From positions 1 to 14,699 of the forward strand of contig JAGLRQ010000033.1 of NCBI GenBank assembly GCA_023136205.1: 14,699 bases of DNA, written 5' to 3'. Positions 1 through 5,724 of the stretch are shown piece after piece. Position 1 is the stretch's first letter; the number at the start of each line of letters is the position of its first letter. The translations under genes and the position numbers were made by a program. The stretch comes from Candidatus Auribacterota bacterium (GTDB taxonomy: Bacteria > Auribacterota > UBA6266). The notes beneath the pieces are model-generated. The model made no database searches and was not told where the DNA came from. It saw only the letters and a program-made list of their open reading frames with translations.

Positions 1-13
1 CAATTATTTTGGT

Positions 14-526
14 TTGAGCATGAAGCTTCCACCGGAATGGAATGTGCAGAGTCAAGAAATGCAGCAGAAGATTATGGATATTGGTGCCACAGTGGTTGCC
101 GGTGATGATGAGAATCTCAAAGCAGTAGTAAAGGCTTCAGAATTGCAGACCGTGAATCTTCTTGCCGTATTTAAGCATCCTATAGGCGCACCGGTTGCAT
201 ATAATCCGAATATCGTCTGTCTTGCAGAAAGAATCCGCCACATGCCGGGAATCAAGAGGGGGAAAGACTACCATTTCCACTCGAAAAAACTGCTTGAGTC
301 CAGCCAAATCAAAATGTCGTTCCCAAAGGATATATATACTGAGCAAATCGGTGGTATAGATTTTGACATAATGACATTACAAATGCATTTTGCAGGACAG
401 GCTATAAAGCAAAAGCAGTATGTTGCTGTAATGAAGGGGTATGCTCTTCTTCTCCTTGTCTCATTTACAACCAACGAAGAAGAAGCCGAGTTAGAGGAAG
501 TATTGGCGTCTGTATGCTTTGAGTAA
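14..526 (+). CDS. Hypothetical small protein (170 aa as tracked); possibly a PsbP/DcrB/DUF1795-like fold; 5' end uncertain
   Basis: Uninterrupted ORF. The tracked start is TTG at 14, with an ATG at 20. There is no in-frame stop between nt 2 and 14, so the gene may begin upstream of the window. The N-terminal 'KLPPEW' and the C-terminal hydrophobic strand plus acidic helix ('LLLLVSFTTNEEEAELEEVLASVCFE') recall DcrB/DUF1795-type sandwich proteins. That is pattern memory only, not a search result. Confidence 0.55.
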   Translation: MSMKLPPEWNVQSQEMQQKIMDIGATVVAGDDENLKAVVKASELQTVNLLAVFKHPIGAPVAYNPNIVCLAERIRHMPGIKRGKDYHFHSKKLLESSQIKMSFPKDIYTEQIGGIDFDIMTLQMHFAGQAIKQKQYVAVMKGYALLLLVSFTTNEEEAELEEVLASVCFE

Positions 527-552
527 AATACTGAGCATGTACAACAGCGGCG

Positions 553-644
553 ATTTATTAACGACAAATGCTCTTTTTACTGATTAGGCCCCCGGTGTGT
601 TTTTTTAATCACAGGTAGAAAAAATCGGACGTGTCCCCGATTAT
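553..644. repeat. Direct repeat copy A (core 580-644), in the convergent gap between the 170-aa ORF and the 827-aa ORF
   Basis: Hand alignment to 3234-3328. The shared blocks are 'atttatt', 'acgacaaat', then the core 'ctgattaggcccc[c/t]ggtgt[g/a]ttt[t/c]tttaatcacagg[t/c]agaaaaaat[c/-]ggacgtgtcccc[g/a]attat'. The core has about 6 differences in about 65 nt. The 19 nt between 'acgacaaat' and the core are much more diverged. Confidence 0.85.
617..642 (-). terminator. Candidate weak intrinsic terminator of the 827-aa gene, embedded in repeat copy A
   Basis: The minus strand reads 'aatcgg-ggacacgt-ccgatt' (6-bp stem, 8-nt loop) followed by 'ttttct'. It begins 3 nt after the TAA stop at 646-648. 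The stem is short and only half GC. Confidence 0.35.
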
Positions 645-645
645 T

Positions 646-3129
646 TTACCTTAACAGATCCGCTGGTTTAAACTTAGGCAATTCGCCCAGATTATTACTT
701 TTTGTTATATCCCGTTTTGTACGTAAATATTCCCGGCCGCTTTGTGATTTCCGGATATGTACACGCGGGATATATACTATCCCTTTTTTTATACACTGAA
801 TAACTTCCGATACCTGTAAGTCAACACCGGAATTGAATTTAATTGAGTGAATTCGCCCGCTTTTTTCATATATAGCCGCTGGAGTGAGTGTAACCTTTCG
901 TAATGATTTTTGTTGGATACGAAAATGAGCGGTTATATACCTTATTTCCACGGACGCGCCGCTATCATTAGTATATACCAGATTTTTTAACTCCCAGGTT
1001 CCTTTTTCCCTGATTCGGCCGGTTAATTTTAAAGGTAACGGATAGTTAACCGAACCGGCGCCGCCCTGGCCTGAGAGAATCATTCCTTCAGAGTTAATTG
1101 AAACCTTTTCATAAAGTTGAGTCGGGCCGGTTGCCATATTGTATGCGATATCTGTACCCTGAGATTGAAATAGTTGAATGATAACAGGGATAGTTTCAAA
1201 TAGTTTAGCCGCTTGCTCGGTAATAGCTGCCGTATTCTCCTTTTGTTTTTCTTTCGCTATAACATACTCGGCAACTTCCAAAGCAATAGGGCCGCCAACC
1301 AACCCTAACGGGCCAAGGGTTAAACCTCCAATAATCGTAGCAAGAATATCACCCATGATTCCTGTATCAACATTAAGTTTTTCAATATCGGCGTTAATTC
1401 GTAATTTATAGTCGTTAATAGATGGGGAAAATTTTATTCGGCAAAAAACATCCGCGTCAGGCCAGTAATCGATTGTATATTCAAGTTTGGCTGTACATTT
1501 TATAGATCCGTCATGCCACCTGAGGTCCAGATCTTTATATACACCTACCTGTTGGTTTCCATTATAAACAGGCCGGCACCCGATTCCTATGTGATTGGAA
1601 CCCGGGAAAATTATAAGATCAGAAAGATTGCCTTCAAAAGGTACATAAAAAGCGTTCCATTGAGATTGTTGAAACCGGCGTAGTACAGGTTTCGCGAGCC
1701 CAATAGCGAAATCGCGTTCCGGGCGTAAAAAATTTAAAGCGCGGCTGGTATCTCCGCGTGGAGGGTTTCTTTTTGCCAGTTCCACGATATCTTCGGGGGA
1801 TGGTTTATGTCCGTTATGATATTCCGCGAATAAGTTTCCTTCCTCATCAATGTCAATACGTTTAAGGCTGATATTGCCGATAGAATGAGTTAGTATGGAA
1901 TTATTATTTACTTGGGGGTTTTCACTGGAATAAATCAGTTGCTCCGGGGGGATAATATTGCCTTCTTTGTCTTTCACTTCTGGAAACCCGGCTTCTGATA
2001 ACTCTATTTTTTCCCCTGTAACATTTTCCGGCCGGCTTTCTTCTTCTATGGAAAATTTATTGGTCAACGCTCGCAGGTCCAGACGCATGTTACAATAAAC
2101 GCCGTATGCCGGCGCGAACATGGCGTTGCCCTGCAGCTTTTTATATTCAATTCGCTGAATTTGAGCGGAAGGGACAAACGACATATCAAATTGCTTTGGT
2201 ATAACCTGAGAAATGAACCCGGCCAGCCCGTTTCCCAGATTTTCAATTTCCACCCTGTTTCCCCATTCATTTAAAACCGAGACAGAATGTTCATGGACAA
2301 CAGGGTTGCCAAGTTTAAGGCTGTCTGCTGTCATATCAATAGCAATAAATATAATAATCTCATTTAGCTCTTCGCCAATAAATTTTGTTTCACCGTTAGC
2401 ATAAGTATGTTCTCCCTCAATACGGATAGGAATATGAATTTTTAAATCCGGAGGAGTTTTTAAAATAGCCATAATCTTTTTCTTATAATCCGGTAAATGT
2501 TGTTCAAGCCACTGATTCATTTCGTCTTGAACAGTATCAAAATCAACGCTTAACAGGCCTGCGGCATCTAACCACTTCTTTTCCTGGAGAAAAAGCAGAA
2601 AAGGGTTAATTTGTTCTTTCGAAAGTACGTCAATTGTATCGAGTATAATTTTATCAACAGGCCTGTTATCATTAAAGATTAGACATTTGTAAGGAGCTCC
2701 GATATGCAATATTGTTAATCTGAGGGCGTTTTGCAGAAGATTGATAATTTCTTCCTGCCAGCCGTCATATTTTTCGTCCAAAAATGTCTTTAATTTTTTA
2801 TTCATAGGGTCAAAGTCCTGTTTTAACGAATTGTTGCTCAGCCATCCATTGCCCTTTAAAAAACCGTGAAGCTGTTCGGATTTGCTGTTGTTTATTCCTT
2901 CAATTACGGTAAATGTATGTTCAGCGACGGTCCCTTTAATCGCGATATCATAAGATTGAATTGATATATTGTATTCGGAAAGAATAGCTTTTACTATTGG
3001 ATTTTCTAACGCTTGTTTATTTAAAAATTTGCCGCTGGAGTAAGCCGCGCTGAAAATACGGCATAAGTAATCTCCGCCCATAAGAAATTCACAATCAAAA
3101 CCGGTTTTTATTAGTGATTGATCAACCAT
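646..3129 (-). CDS. Large orphan protein (827 aa from ATG 3129; 833 aa if TTG 3147): tandem N-terminal modules, unrecognised central region, one glycine-zipper hydrophobic segment, C-terminal DUF3892-like domain
   Basis: Long uninterrupted ORF. On the minus strand the ATG at 3129 is preceded by 'aaaggagacacggtt' (an AAGGAG Shine-Dalgarno, 8-nt spacer), so ATG 3129 is preferred over the tracked TTG at 3147. I see no Walker A, HExxH or other catalytic signature. The C-terminal 'GREYLRTKRDITKSNNLGELPKF' matches my memory of the DUF3892 (PF13031) signature Y-[LIV]-R-T-x-x-D-x-x-x-x-[DN]-N-L-x-x-L-P-x-[FC]. Confidence 0.85.
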   Translation of the reverse strand: MVDQSLIKTGFDCEFLMGGDYLCRIFSAAYSSGKFLNKQALENPIVKAILSEYNISIQSYDIAIKGTVAEHTFTVIEGINNSKSEQLHGFLKGNGWLSNNSLKQDFDPMNKKLKTFLDEKYDGWQEEIINLLQNALRLTILHIGAPYKCLIFNDNRPVDKIILDTIDVLSKEQINPFLLFLQEKKWLDAAGLLSVDFDTVQDEMNQWLEQHLPDYKKKIMAILKTPPDLKIHIPIRIEGEHTYANGETKFIGEELNEIIIFIAIDMTADSLKLGNPVVHEHSVSVLNEWGNRVEIENLGNGLAGFISQVIPKQFDMSFVPSAQIQRIEYKKLQGNAMFAPAYGVYCNMRLDLRALTNKFSIEEESRPENVTGEKIELSEAGFPEVKDKEGNIIPPEQLIYSSENPQVNNNSILTHSIGNISLKRIDIDEEGNLFAEYHNGHKPSPEDIVELAKRNPPRGDTSRALNFLRPERDFAIGLAKPVLRRFQQSQWNAFYVPFEGNLSDLIIFPGSNHIGIGCRPVYNGNQQVGVYKDLDLRWHDGSIKCTAKLEYTIDYWPDADVFCRIKFSPSINDYKLRINADIEKLNVDTGIMGDILATIIGGLTLGPLGLVGGPIALEVAEYVIAKEKQKENTAAITEQAAKLFETIPVIIQLFQSQGTDIAYNMATGPTQLYEKVSINSEGMILSGQGGAGSVNYPLPLKLTGRIREKGTWELKNLVYTNDSGASVEIRYITAHFRIQQKSLRKVTLTPAAIYEKSGRIHSIKFNSGVDLQVSEVIQCIKKGIVYIPRVHIRKSQSGREYLRTKRDITKSNNLGELPKFKPADLLR

Positions 3130-3176
3130 AACCGTGTCTCCTTTCAATTTTTGTCTAAAGAAAAGAATAGAAAGAT

Positions 3177-3206
3177 ATTTTAGCCCTAATGTGTAAGAAA
3201 AGGCAA
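3177..3206 (-). promoter_or_regulatory. Candidate sigma70-like promoter for the 827-aa gene
   Basis: Minus strand: TTGCCT (3206-3201), 18 nt, TAAAAT (3182-3177), about 50 nt upstream of the ATG at 3129. Sequence pattern only. Confidence 0.3.
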
Positions 3207-3233
3207 CGAAAAAGGGGTAAAGGGGACGCTTCT

Positions 3234-3328
3234 ATTTATTGAGTGACGACAAATTTCATTCTCTCTGATTAGGCCCCTGGTGTATTTCTTTAATCACAGG
3301 CAGAAAAAATGGACGTGTCCCCAATTAT
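3234..3328. repeat. Direct repeat copy B (core 3265-3328), upstream of the 827-aa gene in the divergent intergenic region
   Basis: Same orientation as copy A (see 553-644). Relative to copy A, the hairpin-2 stem has lost one base pair: the C equivalent to nt 626 is deleted and its partner G639 is changed to A. The terminator-like hairpin is therefore degraded in this copy. Confidence 0.85.
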
Positions 3329-3347
3329 CCTTTATTGATCAAAATTA

Positions 3348-3509
3348 GCACCCTATCGGGTATGAATTCTTCTATCTTGTCAACAAATTATACCTGGTAG
3401 GGTACAAACACTCTATTTGTATACCCTAAAGGGTGCAATATTTTCCAATTTGCACCTTATGGGGTATAAAATTTACAAAAAAATCTTGAAACTATACCCG
3501 ATATGTGAT
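3348..3509 (+). promoter_or_regulatory. Array of 16-bp palindromic operator-like sites (RYACCC-N4-GGGTRY) upstream of the XRE/hipB-like gene
   Basis: Site 1, 3348-3363, gcaccc-tatc-gggtat. Site 2, 3390-3405, atacct-ggta-gggtac. Site 3, 3421-3436, ataccc-taaa-gggtgc. Site 4, 3452-3467, gcacct-tatg-gggtat. Site 5, 3494-3509, ataccc-gata-tgtgat (left half-site only). Centre-to-centre spacing is 42, 31, 31, 42 bp. Confidence 0.7.
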
Positions 3510-3514
3510 ATATA
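3486..3514 (+). promoter_or_regulatory. Candidate sigma70-like promoter of the hipBST-like operon
   Basis: TTGAAA (3486-3491), 17 nt, TATATA (3509-3514). The spacer contains operator half-site 5. This would place the transcription start only a few nt before the ATG at 3524, giving a near-leaderless mRNA, unless the true start is ATG 3548 or 3551. Confidence 0.4.
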
Positions 3515-3523
3515 TGGGTTGTT

Positions 3524-3784
3524 ATGGAGCAAGATAATTTACAATATATGATGAATATTTCTCTTCAAATAAAAAATTTGCGGAAGAAAAATGGTTTAAC
3601 CCAGGTTGAGTTTGCCAAACGGGCGGGAGTCGGTTTGCGTTTTTTAAGAGAGCTTGAACGCGGTAAGATAACGGTAAGAATGGATAAGCTCACGCGGGTT
3701 TTGGATTTTTTGGGATATCATCTGGAATTAAAAAGAAACGAACCGCAAGATACTATGAAGCATGAAGAAACTGATATTATATAG
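3524..3784 (+). CDS. hipB: XRE-family helix-turn-helix transcriptional regulator (HipB-like)
   Basis: 86 aa with a canonical Cro/C1-type HTH ('GLTQVEFAKRAGVGLRFLRELERGK'). It is the first gene of a three-gene operon with HipA-derived genes. No clear Shine-Dalgarno; the start could be ATG 3548 or 3551. Confidence 0.85.
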   Translation: MEQDNLQYMMNISLQIKNLRKKNGLTQVEFAKRAGVGLRFLRELERGKITVRMDKLTRVLDFLGYHLELKRNEPQDTMKHEETDII

Positions 3785-3796
3785 GAAAGATTTTCT

Positions 3797-4120
3797 ATGG
3801 ATGGTTTAAGAAAAGCACGGGTCTTTTATAAAAATGAGTTGGCAGGATATATTACCGAGGCCCAAAACGGCTATATCTTCCAATATGACCATGAATTTTT
3901 AAAGAAAAATATTCCAATTTCGATGTCTTTGCCTCCGAGGGAAGAATCTTACCATTCAAAAGAATTGTTTCCTTTCTTTAAGGGGCTTCTTCCGGAAGGG
4001 TGGTATTTAAATATCGTGAGCGCGACGCAAAAAGTTGACGATAAAGATTCCTTTGGTTTATTATTGGCAAGCACCAGCGGCGATACCATTGGCGCGGTTA
4101 CCGTAGTAAAGACGGAATAA
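3797..4120 (+). CDS. hipS: Stand-alone HipA N-terminal subdomain protein (HipS-like, putative antitoxin)
   Basis: 107 aa. The pattern 'VFYKNELAGYI...GYIFQYDHEFL...PISMSLP...FPFFKGLLPEGW' matches the HipA N-terminal (Couple_hipA) domain consensus. It lies 12 nt after hipB and 5 nt before the kinase gene. Confidence 0.8.
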   Translation: MDGLRKARVFYKNELAGYITEAQNGYIFQYDHEFLKKNIPISMSLPPREESYHSKELFPFFKGLLPEGWYLNIVSATQKVDDKDSFGLLLASTSGDTIGAVTVVKTE

Positions 4121-4125
4121 CAAAA

Positions 4126-4989
4126 ATGAATGAGAAATTTCTTAAAGAAATGTTTAACTCTTCTAAATGGCCGGTTATAGATTTTAACCTGGGAGATATA
4201 TCCCAAAAGGCACAGAAATTGGCTGGCAAACTTTCCATTTCCGGAGTCCAGCCTAAGCTGTCTGTTAAACTGGACAAGAAACAAAATATGTTAATCCCCG
4301 CGGCTGAAGGCGGGGAATATATTTTAAAACCACAAACCTCTACTTTTCCCAATATCCCGGAAAACGAACAGTGTTGTATGACTATAGCCGAAGAATTAGG
4401 GATAGATATTCCGCTACATTGTTTGATTCCTTTAAAAGATCAGAGCCTTGCTTATGTGGTTAAAAGGTTTGACCGGGAAAAAAATGGGAAAATTCATCAG
4501 GAAGATTTCGCGCAAATTCTTGAAGAAACGGATAAATATAGGGGGTCGGTAGAACAAATAGGCCGAAAGCTGAAAGAAATATCTTCAGCGCCGGGTTACG
4601 ATACCCAATTACTTTTTGAGCGGGTTGTTCTTAACTTTATTCTTGGCAATGGCGATGCCCACTTAAAAAATTATTCTATTTCTTATAGAGATAGGGATAA
4701 TATCCGTTTAACGCCTGCTTATGATATTGTGTGTTCAAAGCTGGTTCTTCCCAATGAGGAGGATTCTGCCATAACAATTGATGGGGAAAAAAATAAATTG
4801 AGGCAAGAGGATTTCGATAAATTGGCTGAATATTTAAATATTCCTGTAAAAATTAGGTACGAAAAATTTGAAAAGAAGTTTGATGTCATGAGAAAAATCA
4901 TAGAGGCTTCCCGTATTGATAGGGGAAAACAGCAAAAATTTCTTGAAATAATACAGGAAAGAATAAGCCGTTTAAATTTGCCGGAATAA
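4126..4989 (+). CDS. hipT: HipA C-terminal Ser/Thr kinase domain protein (HipT-like toxin)
   Basis: 287 aa. Gly-rich loop 'KLSISGVQPKL' (S37-I38-S39 at nt 4234-4242). 'EYILKP' is the putative ATP-binding lysine. Catalytic motif 'GNGDAHLKN' (D177, N182). Mg-binding 'TPAYD' (D200). All are HipA-family hallmarks. Confidence 0.9.
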   Translation: MNEKFLKEMFNSSKWPVIDFNLGDISQKAQKLAGKLSISGVQPKLSVKLDKKQNMLIPAAEGGEYILKPQTSTFPNIPENEQCCMTIAEELGIDIPLHCLIPLKDQSLAYVVKRFDREKNGKIHQEDFAQILEETDKYRGSVEQIGRKLKEISSAPGYDTQLLFERVVLNFILGNGDAHLKNYSISYRDRDNIRLTPAYDIVCSKLVLPNEEDSAITIDGEKNKLRQEDFDKLAEYLNIPVKIRYEKFEKKFDVMRKIIEASRIDRGKQQKFLEIIQERISRLNLPE

Positions 4990-5096
4990 GAAAAAATGAG
5001 GCAGGCGTTGAATAAACGCTCACAGCGCTTTGCGATTAATGTTGTTTTGTGTGTGGTTTAGTTTTAACATTGTAAAAAATAACAGGAGAATGGGAA

Positions 5097-5699
5097 ATGG
5101 CGGCACAATTACAAGAGTTGATAGAGAGAATTAACAAGGAGGGAGTAAAATCCGCTGAGGAAAAAACCCGAAAGATAATAGCCGAAGCTGAAAAGAAAGC
5201 TGAAGATATTATTGAAAAAGCGGAAAAAGAAGCAAAGGCTCTTACAGAGAACGCAAAGAAGAGCGCGAAAAGCACTCAGGAAAAATCCGAAAAAGCCATA
5301 AAACAGTCATTTCGCAATGTGATGCTCGCGTTAAAACAGGAGATTACAAAACAATTTGACCTGATTGTAAAAAGTGAAATAGGAAAAGCCCTGAAACCGG
5401 AGGTTGTAAGCGAAGTAATTATCAATGTTTCAAAAGATATCGCGAAACAAAAAAGTGATGGGAAGGATGTTCAGATTCTTGTCAACGAAAAAGACGCGAA
5501 AAAACTCGCGGTGACTTTTATCGAGAGCTTTAAAAAAGAAATACAATCAGGGCTGGAAATAAAACCTGTCAAAAACATTGACGCGGGGTTTATGGTGAGT
5601 TTTGACGGCGGAAAGTCACATTATGATTTTACTGATGACGGGCTCAGGGAATGTCTCTCAGCATATATTAGCCCCCAGCTGAAGGAAATTGTAAAGTAA
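5097..5699 (+). CDS. atpE: V/A-type ATPase subunit E (peripheral stalk)
   Basis: 200 aa. It has a Lys/Glu/Ala-rich N-terminal coiled coil ('IIAEAEKKAEDIIEKAEKEAKAL') plus a globular C-terminus. It is the first gene of the operon. AGGAGA Shine-Dalgarno at 5084-5089. Confidence 0.85.
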   Translation: MAAQLQELIERINKEGVKSAEEKTRKIIAEAEKKAEDIIEKAEKEAKALTENAKKSAKSTQEKSEKAIKQSFRNVMLALKQEITKQFDLIVKSEIGKALKPEVVSEVIINVSKDIAKQKSDGKDVQILVNEKDAKKLAVTFIESFKKEIQSGLEIKPVKNIDAGFMVSFDGGKSHYDFTDDGLRECLSAYISPQLKEIVK

Positions 5700-5724
5700 A
5701 AAAGAAATAAATAAGGATTTGGTA

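Noticed and set aside
2284-2301. 'VVHEHS' in the orphan protein, considered as a possible metal-binding or zincin-like motif
   Set aside because: It is not an HExxH or any other recognised motif, has no supporting downstream ligand pattern, and is most likely coincidental.
553-3328. Integron gene-cassette (attC) interpretation of the direct repeats flanking the 827-aa gene
   Set aside because: I could not find the attC organisation, namely an RYYYAAC ... GTTRRRY inverted core pair with an extended imperfect palindrome. Both ends of the repeat carry 'ttaac'-type sequence in the same orientation, internal symmetry is weak, and no intI gene is visible. It is kept as a generic direct repeat instead.
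5004-5020. Hairpin 'ggcgtt-gaata-aacgct' downstream of hipT, considered as a terminator
   Set aside because: It has a 5-6 bp stem including a G-U pair and no U-run after it. It is too weak to call.
5036-5275. 79-aa minus-strand ORF antisense to the start of atpE
   Set aside because: It is a shadow ORF of the Lys/Glu/Ala-rich subunit E coiled-coil region. The product is low-complexity and Ser/Phe/Ala-rich, there is no Shine-Dalgarno, and it overlaps a confidently assigned gene.
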